The translations under genes and the position numbers were made by a program. DNA of 59,024 nucleotides from Pseudomonadota bacterium (lineage in GTDB: Bacteria; UBA10199; 2-02-FULL-44-16; JBDRGF01). Numbering within the stretch: position 1 is the first letter of the stretch; each line of letters starts with the position of its first letter. The notes under the pieces were generated by a model. That model was not told the DNA's origin. It saw nothing but the letters and a program-made list of their open reading frames with translations, and made no database searches. Positions 9,575 to 20,038 of the stretch are shown one piece after another. The DNA is taken from contig JBDRGF010000101.1 of NCBI GenBank assembly GCA_043818055.1, forward strand, positions 1-59,024. Direction: 5' to 3'.

Positions 9575-10209
9575 AATTTTTGATACTCCTCCCTCTCCTC
9601 TTCAATTAATTTGATAATTTTTTTTGCACCGATCTCAATCTTCTTACTCTTAAATCTTCCTGAGAATTCCAGAAAACGCTCCTCATCAAGAATCTCAAGA
9701 TTCTGAAGCCTGAGCTCCCTGAGATAAGGATCTGTGATTTGAGTTCTTGAAAAATAGAGAAGATCGAGCAGCGCCTTTTCAGGTGTTGCGATAAAATAGG
9801 TTTGCCCCTTCTCCTCCTCAGATTGAAAACCCCAAAAGAGCTCTTTCTTGATGTGACGATACTCCGCTGTGAATAGTTTGTTCTTGTTCATGGAAGGGCG
9901 ACGTGTTGTGATAAGTGTAAAGATGTAAACCGCCTCAGGAATCACGTCATAGAAACTCAGTGCATATTCCAAACTTAAATATGAGGGGGGGTAGATAAAG
10001 GTTGCTAAAAACTTGTTAGATACGACAGTGGCGGCATACTCCGGAGAGAGTGCGAAATATCCCCGTTTTAACTGAACCAGCTTTCCACTCGCCACCCATC
10101 TGCCCAATTGCACCCTCAGCTTTTCAGGAGTTTCATCTCCTTTGAGGAGCATATGAGTCTGGATAACTGGTTGATTTATTATAATTTTTAGCAATTCATC
10201 CCATTTCAT
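9571..10209 (-). CDS. AbiEi-family antitoxin / transcriptional regulator
   Basis: N-terminal wHTH (LKRGYF), SYLSLEYALSFYDVIPE, ATPEKALLD; overlaps the toxin gene by 4 bp. Confidence 0.85.
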   Translation of the reverse strand: MKWDELLKIIINQPVIQTHMLLKGDETPEKLRVQLGRWVASGKLVQLKRGYFALSPEYAATVVSNKFLATFIYPPSYLSLEYALSFYDVIPEAVYIFTLITTRRPSMNKNKLFTAEYRHIKKELFWGFQSEEEKGQTYFIATPEKALLDLLYFSRTQITDPYLRELRLQNLEILDEERFLEFSGRFKSKKIEIGAKKIIKLIEEEREEYQKL

Positions 10210-10244
10210 TGCTATAAATTAACAATATTGTTAATTTAATGCAA
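10209..10244 (-). promoter_or_regulatory. palindromic operator overlapping the abiE promoter
   Basis: Perfect 24-bp palindrome TAAATTAACAATATTGTTAATTTA at 10215-10238; TTGCAT-N17-TAATTT immediately before the ATG. Confidence 0.7.
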
Positions 10245-10460
10245 CTAAATTAAGGGGTTCTTACAATTTTTTTTAAAAAACACTAACGGAGCAGGGCTTG
10301 ACCTTCATATGTCATGAGTGTTAGTACCTCATCAATCAAATTTTCCACGCTGAGGAAGGGCACAAGTGCTCGTAGCAATTTAATATTATCATATTACAAT
10401 CTGTGGAAATTAAATTGACGAAGCACTAGAACCCTTCTTCACCTAAAAAACGGGAGTCTT

Positions 10461-12485
10461 ATGAAGAGAAGCATTAGAATAATCAGCATGATCATGATCT
10501 TTATGTTGGCCGCAACCCTTACTGTTGCAAAATCAAGGTCTAAAAAAACCAGGGCAACTCAGGAGGCTGAGATAATCCAAACCAAGCCTCTTAACATCAA
10601 CGACAGATATGTCATTCACTTTGTGATCGATGGGGTGAATAGGGATTTTTTCTATAAGGCTGTGGCTGACGGAAAGCTCCCCAACGTCAAGAGACTCTTC
10701 TTCGATCAGGGTGCCTACTTCACACACGCAGTGACGAATTTCCCGAGCACTTCGACCGCTGTTTATCAGAGTTTCACTTCAGGGCTCTTCCCGGGTAACG
10801 CGGGGATTCCATCGCTTGAAAGGGTCGATCGTAATTCGAGACAGCTCCATGGATATCTCTCCGCATCTTACTGGCAGATCAATTATGATTTTATCAACTA
10901 CCGCTCGCTTGAAAATGCAAATCTCGGGGATCTTACCTCACCCACATCGATCTTCCAGCTTCTCCACGGTCATCCGACAGCTGCGATCTATTCCAATTTC
11001 ACAAAGGATGCTTCATTCACATCCCCTAAAGTCTTTTTCAAGGCTGGTTGGGAGACCTTTGTAAAAAACGATCTCAACAAGGCCGACATCCTCGCCTTCA
11101 AAGAGGTTGAAAAAAGATTTTCGCTCGACCCAAATAAGATTCCGCGTTATTCCCTTGTCGGGCTACTTTCCGCCGATCTGACGGGACACAAATATGGCCC
11201 GAATGACCAAAAGGTTTTGGATATACTCGTGCAATTCGATCTCTTTTTGAAAAAGTTTGAATCGCAATTGAAGGACAAAGGGATATGGAATAAAACTTAT
11301 ATTGTCGTCTCATCCGATCACGGCATGCATTCAACCCAAAAGCTTGTGGAGCTGGAAAAGGAGCTCAAAGAGGTCGGCCTCAACGTCAAAACAAAGGGAC
11401 TTCTTAACGATGACCACCTGATCTTCGCATCGAACAGGGGCATCTCCTCCTCGCAGATTTATGTATTGAACGGCGATTATGAGGAAAATGAGGGTTATAA
11501 TCCTTTCTCAAAACCAGCTCCTCCCTATAAAGATGCTGCGATACCCAAAGCCGTGGAATCGCTCTTAAAACTTGAGAGCACCGATCTTGTGGTGGTGAAA
11601 AAGGGGAAGTTTGGGAGTATCGTTTACGACACAAATGGAAGGACTGCTGACATAGATTGCTATAACATAAATGCTTCAGACTGGTGCAGTTATAGGTACG
11701 ATACAACAAGAGGAGACCCGCTTGGTTATTCTAAAAATCCCAAGATAAAACCTCTGCTTGATGGATTTCCCCACACACCTGAAGAGTGGCTTAACAGCAC
11801 GTGCGAGGAAAAATATCCGGATGGGGTCATCCAGCTCTCCCAGATCTTTCGCGATGGAAGAGCCGGCGAGATATTCCTGATAACAAAACCTGAATGGCTC
11901 TTTAGATCTGTCAAAAAGGGAACTCATGGAGGCCTTCACAAGGATGATATGATGATCCCCTTCATGATGAGAGGTCCAGAGATTCAAAAGGGTAAATATC
12001 ATACGATGCGAGCTCCAGACATATATCCGCTGCTTTTGACATGGCTTGGGGTCAGCGCTGACGGTGCAAACTCTGATGGCGTAAATCCCTTCGTAGCTTA
12101 TAAAAACACGAACGAAGAAAATTGGGAGAAGGTTGCAAAGCTTGAACAAATCTTTACCAACCAACCGCCGCTTCGAAAATTAATCGGCCTGAATGACGTT
12201 CTGAAAAAGGAGATTTACCCACAGGTGAAAGCTTCAGAATTTAATAATATTTTAATCCTCGTCAGAACTGAGGCCGAGCGGAGAAATCGATTAGTGGAAA
12301 AGTTAAATGACAATCTCAAGGAGATGGATACGAAAAAGAAAGATCCGCTCTATTCTGAGGATTATAAAAATATAACGAAAGAGACCCTCTCTTATTATAA
12401 GAAATCGATCCATACCCTGGACGATATCTCAAAGGTGCTCGAATACTGCAAAAATCCCGAAGGCACAAACTGTCGAGGATTGTAG
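10461..12485 (+). CDS. secreted alkaline-phosphatase-superfamily (NPP/phosphodiesterase-like) protein
   Basis: Signal peptide, IDG, FPSTS, DLTGH, SDHG and THGG metal motifs. Confidence 0.8.
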   Translation: MKRSIRIISMIMIFMLAATLTVAKSRSKKTRATQEAEIIQTKPLNINDRYVIHFVIDGVNRDFFYKAVADGKLPNVKRLFFDQGAYFTHAVTNFPSTSTAVYQSFTSGLFPGNAGIPSLERVDRNSRQLHGYLSASYWQINYDFINYRSLENANLGDLTSPTSIFQLLHGHPTAAIYSNFTKDASFTSPKVFFKAGWETFVKNDLNKADILAFKEVEKRFSLDPNKIPRYSLVGLLSADLTGHKYGPNDQKVLDILVQFDLFLKKFESQLKDKGIWNKTYIVVSSDHGMHSTQKLVELEKELKEVGLNVKTKGLLNDDHLIFASNRGISSSQIYVLNGDYEENEGYNPFSKPAPPYKDAAIPKAVESLLKLESTDLVVVKKGKFGSIVYDTNGRTADIDCYNINASDWCSYRYDTTRGDPLGYSKNPKIKPLLDGFPHTPEEWLNSTCEEKYPDGVIQLSQIFRDGRAGEIFLITKPEWLFRSVKKGTHGGLHKDDMMIPFMMRGPEIQKGKYHTMRAPDIYPLLLTWLGVSADGANSDGVNPFVAYKNTNEENWEKVAKLEQIFTNQPPLRKLIGLNDVLKKEIYPQVKASEFNNILILVRTEAERRNRLVEKLNDNLKEMDTKKKDPLYSEDYKNITKETLSYYKKSIHTLDDISKVLEYCKNPEGTNCRGL

Positions 12486-12904
12486 TGCTAAGATTTCTTT
12501 TCAACAGAGATTCAAAATTCATCACGATCATTGAGATCGCTGCGATCGTCGGCGGCTGTTATTTGGTCTTAAACCATCTGATTGTGAAAAACACCGACGC
12601 ATGGTTATTCGCAATAACATGGTCATCCTACGCCTTTTTAAAATTTTGCACACTTAAACGGTGGCACAATAAATCGAGGCGCGAAAGTGGGATCGGACTC
12701 CATTTCAAAAAGGCAATAGTCGCTACGAACTATATATTAGCGATTTCAAACTGGCTCTATGTTGCATTTCAACAATCTTCGATATTCTGGGTCTCTATAA
12801 TTCTTCTGGCCGTTATCATCCACGTAAATTTAATATTGATATACATCAACTCAAGGTACCACAGCCACAACCCTGCTAACTTTTTAAGCGCTAAAAATCA
12901 GTAA
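12485..12904 (+). CDS. hypothetical membrane protein
   Basis: About four hydrophobic segments; start overlaps the upstream stop. Confidence 0.65.
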   Translation: MLRFLFNRDSKFITIIEIAAIVGGCYLVLNHLIVKNTDAWLFAITWSSYAFLKFCTLKRWHNKSRRESGIGLHFKKAIVATNYILAISNWLYVAFQQSSIFWVSIILLAVIIHVNLILIYINSRYHSHNPANFLSAKNQ

Positions 12905-12971
12905 TTTACTGACGCAGCGCATCCTGTTCTTAGCTGGACATCATAACATTACTCTGCTACTGATTTAGCAT

Positions 12972-13127
12972 ATGCCAACGATAGATGAAATAATAGATAA
13001 GCTCAGTATAATAGATATCGTTTTGATATTTGCAACACTGCTCACAATCGTCGGAATTCGTCAGGCTGATCACCTAAAGCGTTTTTACCGGAGGCTATGT
13101 GGTAAAAAAGAGCACCAAAAGTTCTGA
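12972..13127 (+). CDS. small single-TM protein (51 aa)
   Basis: Manual translation MPTIDEIIDKLSIIDIVLIFATLLTIVGIRQADHLKRFYRRLCGKKEHQKF; below the ORF-track cutoff. Confidence 0.45.
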   Translation: MPTIDEIIDKLSIIDIVLIFATLLTIVGIRQADHLKRFYRRLCGKKEHQKF

Positions 13128-13389
13128 TGACAAAAAACAAAGAGTGAAAATACACATGATGTCGGCCACCCACGAGATCCTCGAAGCTGCCAGTGGCGTA
13201 TTTTCAATCTTTAAAAACAAGAGCGCCGATAACGATAAGAAATACACGAACATGGCCAACCTCTTTGAAAAGGGTATCTTCATAACCGAAGAGCTGCAGA
13301 GGGGACTTTTGAGTTTTATAGACAAGCTTGAAGAGGAATTGAACAAAGACAACAATATCCCGATGGGAGAGAAAAATGACAAGAGATGA
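13099..13389 (+). CDS. hypothetical helical protein
   Basis: ORF overlapping the next gene; start uncertain. Confidence 0.55.
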   Translation: MVKKSTKSSDDKKQRVKIHMMSATHEILEAASGVFSIFKNKSADNDKKYTNMANLFEKGIFITEELQRGLLSFIDKLEEELNKDNNIPMGEKNDKR

Positions 13390-13840
13390 AAATATAAAGG
13401 TCATTAAAAGATATCAGAACCGCAAATTATACGACACGGTCGATTCCTGCTACATCACGCTTGAGGAGATCGGGGATATGGTAAGGGCTGGAGATGAGCT
13501 AAAAATAATAGACAACTCCTCACAGGAGGACATCACAGCTATAACACTTGCCCAGATCATTCTCGAAGAACAGAGAAAAAAGAGAAACCCACTTCCACTC
13601 GACACATTCCGGGAATTGATAATCAGCGGAGGAGAGGCCATCAAACATCTCATGTCGAGAGGTGTACAGGAGATAGGTCACGTCAAGGAATTCGTGGATG
13701 ACAAGGTCAAACCAGCCGTTCAGTCGTTTCAAAGGCTTCCCAACTTCGAAAATCAGATCAAAGATCTTCAAAGTCGGCTCAGTTCCATGGAAAAAGAGCT
13801 CTACAACCTAAAACAAAAATCCCCTCGAAAAAAGAAGTGA
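13376..13840 (+). CDS. PhaR-like (PHA synthesis regulator) DNA-binding-domain protein
   Basis: IKRYQNRKLYDT...YITLEEI...EDIT...LAQIILEE signature. Confidence 0.85.
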   Translation: MTRDENIKVIKRYQNRKLYDTVDSCYITLEEIGDMVRAGDELKIIDNSSQEDITAITLAQIILEEQRKKRNPLPLDTFRELIISGGEAIKHLMSRGVQEIGHVKEFVDDKVKPAVQSFQRLPNFENQIKDLQSRLSSMEKELYNLKQKSPRKKK

Positions 13841-13987
13841 TTTTTTGTCATTAAACCCTTATAAGTGGACTAAATTTAAGCTTGTATAGTTTGATTTGAC
13901 GTTATAATGATTCGTAATTACTTCTTTGCTTAAATTTGAAATGGTTTGAAATATCGAAAACTTATTTAGGGGATAAAACAAATCGAT

Positions 13988-15103
13988 ATGACCTATTTTG
14001 ATTTTAAAAAGTCTTTTGGGATTCAATACAAGCATATCCTGCCTATTCTCATTTTAATTTTTCTTACATCGTGTGGCAACTGCTCGAATCAAAAGGATGG
14101 TTTTCTCGACGAAATGCTGCAGGGAAAGTCCAAGACAAAACAAGCTATAGTCGAAAACGTCGTTGTTGAGGAAAAAAGTCATAAGATCACGCTGCCTGTC
14201 ACTCTGAAAGCAAGTGAAGAGGTCGATATAAAAATGCAGCAGGAGGGAACGATCGATAGGATGCTCGTCAACAAAGGTGAGAGCATCGAGGTGGGACAGC
14301 CACTCTTCAGACTGGCTGAGGACGAAATCAGGATAAAGCTCGCCCAGCTGAGGTCTGAACAAAAAGATGCCCAGGAGACGCTTGAGAAAAATTCATATTA
14401 TCAGAAGAATAAAGATCGTCTCTTCGAAGAGGGCAGGATCGATCGCGCGACATACGACAACCTTGATTCCGAAGTAACTTCGAACGAAACAAAAGTGGAA
14501 AAGATGGGACAGAGCATTACAGAGCTTGAAGATGTGCTCACAAATTCCGCAGTGATCAGCGAAGTTAACGGGATCGTCACAAAGATCGAGGCCAACACCG
14601 GGCTTGTGATATCAAAAGGCCAGATCGTGTTGAAGGTCTCCAAGATCGATCCGATAATCGCATCCTTCAATGTTCATGCTGATGAAGGATCCTTTTTGAA
14701 ACAGGGAATGGAAATAGGCATTATGGTAACTGCCTATACGGGAAGGCCATTTCCTGCAAAAATAACAAAAATAGATGATAAGCCTGATTCCCTTGAGGTG
14801 ATCGCTTCGCTTGAAAATCCTAACAACCTGCTGGAACCCGGAATGACGGGATCGGCGGAATTCACAACCGGAAAAAAGGAACGCCTCTTCATCATACCGC
14901 AGAGCGCTGTGTTCAAAGAAAAAAGAAACCATTATGTATTCAAAGTGGTCGATGGAATAGCCAGAAAGGTCCCCGTCATCAGAGGAAACAACAGAGAGAA
15001 TTCGGTTGAAATTGTAGGAGGATTGAACGATGAGGACATAGTAGTTGTAAGTGGACAGGAAGAACTTAAAGATGGCGATGCCGTCGACATCTGGGGAAAA
15101 TGA
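13988..15103 (+). CDS. RND-type membrane fusion (periplasmic adaptor) lipoprotein
   Basis: Lipobox LTSC, lipoyl halves flanking a helical hairpin, LEPGMTG, IPQSAV, GLNDEDIVV. Confidence 0.85.
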   Translation: MTYFDFKKSFGIQYKHILPILILIFLTSCGNCSNQKDGFLDEMLQGKSKTKQAIVENVVVEEKSHKITLPVTLKASEEVDIKMQQEGTIDRMLVNKGESIEVGQPLFRLAEDEIRIKLAQLRSEQKDAQETLEKNSYYQKNKDRLFEEGRIDRATYDNLDSEVTSNETKVEKMGQSITELEDVLTNSAVISEVNGIVTKIEANTGLVISKGQIVLKVSKIDPIIASFNVHADEGSFLKQGMEIGIMVTAYTGRPFPAKITKIDDKPDSLEVIASLENPNNLLEPGMTGSAEFTTGKKERLFIIPQSAVFKEKRNHYVFKVVDGIARKVPVIRGNNRENSVEIVGGLNDEDIVVVSGQEELKDGDAVDIWGK

Positions 15104-15840
15104 GACTTAAAAAATACATATTTTTCATCCTCGTTGTTTTTTCATTCTTGCCCCCTCTAAACTCTTACGGGGCTCATACCTGGACTAACATACAGGATGG
15201 TCTCGATTACCTGGTGACCAGTAAGAAAAACCAATATGATAATTATTCAACTATCCATGTTTTAAAAATAGATTTAACAAAGTTTTCACTAAAAGTTTTA
15301 CGCGCCAAAGATGAGAAGATTGGCAACACAGTTGAAATACTGGCCAAACAGGCAAAAGCCATAGCCGCTATCAATGGTGGTTTTTTTAGCGAAGATCACC
15401 GCTCGATCGGACTTCTTATACAGGATGGAAAAACCTTAAACTCCCTTCATAAGACGAGCTGGTGGAGCATATTCTCTATCAAAAATAATCAACCTTCAAT
15501 AGTAACGCCTGGAAATTTCAGCCCTGATAAAAAAATCGAAATGGCAATCCAGGTGGGACCGAGACTCTTAATAGATGGAAAAATCCCAAATCTAAAAATG
15601 AGCATGGCTGCCCGTTCAGCTATCGGCATCACGGCTGATGGTAAAGTGATAATCGTTGGAACGAATGGGGCAGGAATATCCTTACAAAAGCTTGCTACCT
15701 TTTTAAAGACTATCTGCGTGAGCGCGATGGCGCTCGATGGGGGCACATCTTCCCAGATGTGGGTAGAATCGAAAAAATTCAAATTATCGACCGGCACCCC
15801 ATCTCTGATCACAAATGCGATTGGGGTGTTTGGGAAATAA
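15100..15840 (+). CDS. phosphodiester glycosidase (NAGPA-like) family protein
   Basis: AAINGGFF, GPRLL, RSAIG, AMALDGGTSS motifs. Confidence 0.85.
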   Translation: MRLKKYIFFILVVFSFLPPLNSYGAHTWTNIQDGLDYLVTSKKNQYDNYSTIHVLKIDLTKFSLKVLRAKDEKIGNTVEILAKQAKAIAAINGGFFSEDHRSIGLLIQDGKTLNSLHKTSWWSIFSIKNNQPSIVTPGNFSPDKKIEMAIQVGPRLLIDGKIPNLKMSMAARSAIGITADGKVIIVGTNGAGISLQKLATFLKTICVSAMALDGGTSSQMWVESKKFKLSTGTPSLITNAIGVFGK

Positions 15841-15923
15841 GTGTAGGAGTGTTTAAGTGTAGAAGTGTAGTGTTACGTTATACCATAACTCAAACACTTA
15901 CGCACTCAAACACTTAAACACTT
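15839..15923. repeat. inverted octamer-array element (AAGTGTAG/GAGTGTTT units)
   Basis: Four units on each arm, between convergent genes. Confidence 0.8.
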
Positions 15924-15925
15924 TC

Positions 15926-17173
15926 TTAGCTGTTCATACTCTTAAGGAAGTCCTTATTCGTCTTGCATAGTCTCACTTTGTCTAGCAGGAATTCCATCGC
16001 ATCGATCTGATTCAGAGGTTGGAGCATCTTTCTCAAAATCCAGACTTTGCTCACCTCTTCTTCGTCGAGCAACAGCTCTTCCTTTCGTGTTCCAGACTTA
16101 TTGATATCCATACACGGGAAGATGCGTTTCTCCATCAGCTTTCTGTCGAGATGAATTTCCATATTGCCAGTTCCTTTGAACTCTTCGAAGATGACTTCAT
16201 CCATGCGACTTCCGGTATCGATAAGGGCTGTTCCGATAATTGTTAGACTCCCACCCTCTTCGATGTTTCTTGCAGCGCCGAAAAATCTTTTGGGTTTATG
16301 AAGTGCATTTGAATCAACACCTCCCGACAGGATCTTGCCGGAGGGAGGAACGACAGAATTGTAGGCACGTGCCAGGCGCGTGATCGAATCGAGGAGAATG
16401 ACCACATCCCTTCCATGTTCGACCAGCCTTTTGGCCTTTTCAATCACCATCTCAGCGACCTGAACGTGGCGCGTGGCCGGCTCATCAAAGGTGGAAGAGA
16501 TGACCTCCGCTTCGACAGAACGTTCCATGTCTGTGACTTCCTCAGGACGTTCATCTATCAGAAGGACGATCTTCACAAGATCCTTGTGATTGGCAGTCAA
16601 CGCGTTGGCGATGTTCTGCAGCAGCACCGTCTTACCAGCCCTTGGAGGAGAGACTATCAAAGCCCTCTGCCCCAGACCGATCGGTGTGAATAGATTCATG
16701 ATTCTCGTTGAATAATTTTCTTTATTAAATTCGAGGTTGAGCCTCTGATTGGGATAGAGAGGGGTCAAATTATCAAAAAGGGTCTTTTCCCTGGCCTTCT
16801 CCGGCGCCTCAAAGTTTATGGTCTCAACTTTGAGCATCGCAAAATATCTCTCAGATTCTCTGGGCGGCCGAATCTGACCGGCGATGATATCCCCGGTTCT
16901 CAACGCAAATCTTCTTATCTGCGAAGGGGATACATATATATCATCAGGACCGGGAAGATAGTTATAATCAGGAGAACGCAAAAAACCGAAACCGTCCGGA
17001 AGCGTTTCAAGAACTCCCTCTCCAAATATCGCACCATTCTTGTCAGAATGCGCCTGCAACAGAGCAAATATCAACTCCTGTTTTCGCAGGTTTGCTGCGT
17101 TCTCGACATTGTGTTCATTTGCCATTTCGATAAGCTCACCGATGCGCTTAGCCTTCAACTCATTTAAATGCAT
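15926..17173 (-). CDS. rho: transcription termination factor Rho
   Basis: [39 protein letters not shown]. Confidence 0.98.
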   Translation of the reverse strand: MHLNELKAKRIGELIEMANEHNVENAANLRKQELIFALLQAHSDKNGAIFGEGVLETLPDGFGFLRSPDYNYLPGPDDIYVSPSQIRRFALRTGDIIAGQIRPPRESERYFAMLKVETINFEAPEKAREKTLFDNLTPLYPNQRLNLEFNKENYSTRIMNLFTPIGLGQRALIVSPPRAGKTVLLQNIANALTANHKDLVKIVLLIDERPEEVTDMERSVEAEVISSTFDEPATRHVQVAEMVIEKAKRLVEHGRDVVILLDSITRLARAYNSVVPPSGKILSGGVDSNALHKPKRFFGAARNIEEGGSLTIIGTALIDTGSRMDEVIFEEFKGTGNMEIHLDRKLMEKRIFPCMDINKSGTRKEELLLDEEEVSKVWILRKMLQPLNQIDAMEFLLDKVRLCKTNKDFLKSMNS

Positions 17174-17552
17174 AAAGCTCCCTTCATTAGGTGAAATTCC
17201 AGATTTCAGCCCTTCATACTGATTTCATTCAATTGTATTGAGATGTTCATATTACGGTTCAAACCCCAAAAATAACAATCAAACCCTGAATATCTGATTG
17301 GAATTAAAATCTTTAGTTTGGATCATTCGGTTATTTTGATTATAGGCCTTCAAAAAATTTCGTGGATAATATCTCCATATTTTATAAAATGTCAAGAAAA
17401 TCTATGACTTATCGAAGAACATTTTCCCCTTATAAAAATTTTAAAAAAAAGAGAGTAAAATAACATCACTTCGTGCTATATATAGATCCCACTTTGTTGA
17501 CAACAAAAGAGCAAAACTGGTATTGAACATATCAAAACAATCAGGAGAATCT

Positions 17553-18389
17553 ATGACCTCTCAAAAGAAAAAAACAACATTCGAAAAGATGGTATCTATC
17601 GGTAATGATTCAATAATTATCGATGCGAGGAAACACCTTCCCGCAAATCCATCCCACGTTGCCAAAAAGCTGTGCAACAGAAAGAACGGCATTGGAGCAG
17701 ATCAGCTGATATTTCTCACAAACTCTAAAAAGGCTGATTTTGGAATGAAGGTCTATAACGCTGATGGGAGCGAAGCGACAATGTGCGGAAATGGGATAAG
17801 GGGCCTTGCGAGATATATCAACGACCATAAACTATCCACTAAAAAGCTCCTCAATATTGAAACCGCATCCGGGATTAAACCTTTGAAAATAAAGGGGAAA
17901 AACATCGAGGTCGATTTGGGTGAACCTCTGATGAGGGGGGAGGATGTCCCTGTCAACTTTTCAGGCAGGGTCGTCAACAGGCCGTTAAAGATTGAAAATA
18001 AGGATTTCAGGATCACATGTCTCTCTGTTGGCAATCCCCATTGCATAATCTTTCAGGATGACCTGAAAAGCTTCGATGTCTGTAAATTTGGTCCTATGAT
18101 TGAAGCAAGCTCGATCTTTCCAAAGAAGGCAAATATCAGCTTTGTGAATGTCTTTGGCAAAAATGAAATTCAGATCAGGGTCTGGGAAAGGGGTGTTGGA
18201 GAGAGCCTCGGCTGCGGAACGGCAGCATCAGCTGCGACCATTGCAGGTGTCTTAAATGGCTTCACAGATCGTAAGGTGACAGTTCACTTTCCCGGGGGAA
18301 AATTAGAGGTGACGTGGGATCAGAAGACAAATCATGTCCACCTGAAAGGCCCCGCTGAAACTGTTTTCTCAGGTGAAATTACGCTTTGA
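17553..18389 (+). CDS. dapF: diaminopimelate epimerase
   Basis: NADGSEATMCGNG, GNPH, ERGVGESLGCGT; AGGAG RBS. Confidence 0.93.
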   Translation: MTSQKKKTTFEKMVSIGNDSIIIDARKHLPANPSHVAKKLCNRKNGIGADQLIFLTNSKKADFGMKVYNADGSEATMCGNGIRGLARYINDHKLSTKKLLNIETASGIKPLKIKGKNIEVDLGEPLMRGEDVPVNFSGRVVNRPLKIENKDFRITCLSVGNPHCIIFQDDLKSFDVCKFGPMIEASSIFPKKANISFVNVFGKNEIQIRVWERGVGESLGCGTAASAATIAGVLNGFTDRKVTVHFPGGKLEVTWDQKTNHVHLKGPAETVFSGEITL

Positions 18390-18411
18390 CAGAATTTCGC
18401 TCATTATATAT

Positions 18412-18446
18412 GGGGCACAATAGAGATTGTGCCCCTTTTTATTTTT
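18412..18446 (+). terminator. intrinsic terminator-like hairpin between dapF and dapA
   Basis: GGGGCACAAT-AGAG-ATTGTGCCCC followed by a T tract. Confidence 0.65.
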
Positions 18447-18462
18447 ATACACGGAGATATTT

Positions 18463-19332
18463 ATGCACGCTCAATTTTCAGGCGTCATGACTGCCTTAGT
18501 CACACCATTTAAAGATGGAAATCTTGATGAAAGCTCATTGAGAAAACTCATCAACTGGCAGATAAAATCGGGGGTTCAAGCTATCGTCCCATGCGGCACA
18601 ACAGGCGAAGCTGCTACGCTATCGGAAGAGGAACATTATAAGATAATAAAGATCTGCGTTGAGGAGGCCTCTGGCCGCGTCCCTGTGATCGCCGGAGCCG
18701 GTTCGAATTCAACCGAAAAGGCTATCAAGCTCGCAAAACAGGCAAAAGAGGCCGGGGCTGATGCTCACCTTCAGGTAACCCCCTACTACAACAAGCCGAC
18801 TCAGGAGGGGCTATTTCAACACTATCAGGCGATAGCCAGGGTGGTCGACCTGCCGATGATACTCTATAATGTACCGGGAAGAACGGCCGTCAACATGCTG
18901 CCCGAGACAGTGAAAAGGCTATCCCAGATTGACAATATCGTCGGCGTAAAAGAGGCCTCGGGAAATCTTGAACAGATAAAGGAGATTATCGAATCAACAC
19001 CTGACGACTTCATGCTGTTCTCCGGGGAAGATGCACAGAATGTAGAGATTTATAGGTTAGGTGGGATGGGAGCAATATCCGTAGTTTCCAATATTATCCC
19101 TGAAAAGGTATCAGCTATATGGAATGCCTCTTCCAAGGGAGATGTCAAAGAGGCCGAACTGCTACATGAGGCGATTCAACCGATAAACAAAATATTATTT
19201 ATCGAAACCAATCCGATTCCTGTCAAGACTGCGTTGGCTCAGATGGGAAAGATACATGAAGAGTTCAGACTTCCACTGACATCGATCGCTGAAATTAACA
19301 GATCAAAATTGTTTGAAACTCTAAAAATTTAA
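18463..19332 (+). CDS. dapA: 4-hydroxy-tetrahydrodipicolinate synthase
   Basis: GTTGE, PYYNKP, YNVPGRT, GVKEAS, ETNPIPVK. Confidence 0.97.
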   Translation: MHAQFSGVMTALVTPFKDGNLDESSLRKLINWQIKSGVQAIVPCGTTGEAATLSEEEHYKIIKICVEEASGRVPVIAGAGSNSTEKAIKLAKQAKEAGADAHLQVTPYYNKPTQEGLFQHYQAIARVVDLPMILYNVPGRTAVNMLPETVKRLSQIDNIVGVKEASGNLEQIKEIIESTPDDFMLFSGEDAQNVEIYRLGGMGAISVVSNIIPEKVSAIWNASSKGDVKEAELLHEAIQPINKILFIETNPIPVKTALAQMGKIHEEFRLPLTSIAEINRSKLFETLKI

Positions 19333-19348
19333 AAAGGAAGTTTATCAA

Positions 19349-20038
19349 GTGAACCAATGTATCAATATTATTGTGATAGGAGCAAAAGGAAGAATGGGGC
19401 TGAGTATCGCAAAGCTCATCGAGGAAGATGCCTCCCTGAAACTCGCCGCTGGAATCGATGTCGGCGACACTCTGGCTGATAAAATTGATAATGCCGATGC
19501 GTTGATCGATTTCAGTCGTCCTGCAGCGACAGTTGAAGCAGTGGAGATGGCTGCAAATAAGAACAAAGCTGTTGTTATCGGAACGACCGGTTTTAGCGAT
19601 GATGAGCTCTTGAAGATCAAAATGTGTTCAGACAGAATACCAATCCTCCTCTCTTCCAACATGAGCAGGGGTGTCAACACGATGTTTGAAGTGCTGAAAA
19701 AAACTCTTACACTGCTAGGCACAGAGTATAACATCGATATCATTGAGAAGCACCACATCCATAAAAAGGACAAGCCTAGCGGCACGGCAAAGAGCCTGCT
19801 CGATATAATACACAGCCAAAAACGTGAAGCTCATGTAGATGCCATTCGCGAAGGGGAAATAATCGGCGAGCACGAAGTTAAATTCTCCTCCACTCAGGAG
19901 ACGTTAACTATCTCACACGTTGCTCACGACAGGGATATCTTTGCAAAGGGGGCAATAAAAGCGGCTAAGTGGCTTATCGGTCAGAAACCGGGTCTCTATT
20001 CGATGATAGATTTTCTAAATTCACACCATGAAAAATAA
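19349..20038 (+). CDS. dapB: 4-hydroxy-tetrahydrodipicolinate reductase
   Basis: GAKGRMG, IGTTG, HHIHKKDKPSGTA. Confidence 0.95.
   Translation: MNQCINIIVIGAKGRMGLSIAKLIEEDASLKLAAGIDVGDTLADKIDNADALIDFSRPAATVEAVEMAANKNKAVVIGTTGFSDDELLKIKMCSDRIPILLSSNMSRGVNTMFEVLKKTLTLLGTEYNIDIIEKHHIHKKDKPSGTAKSLLDIIHSQKREAHVDAIREGEIIGEHEVKFSSTQETLTISHVAHDRDIFAKGAIKAAKWLIGQKPGLYSMIDFLNSHHEK

Noticed and set aside
12963..12978. Possible sigma-54 box (TGGCAT on the minus strand)
   Set aside because: No TTGC at the -12 position
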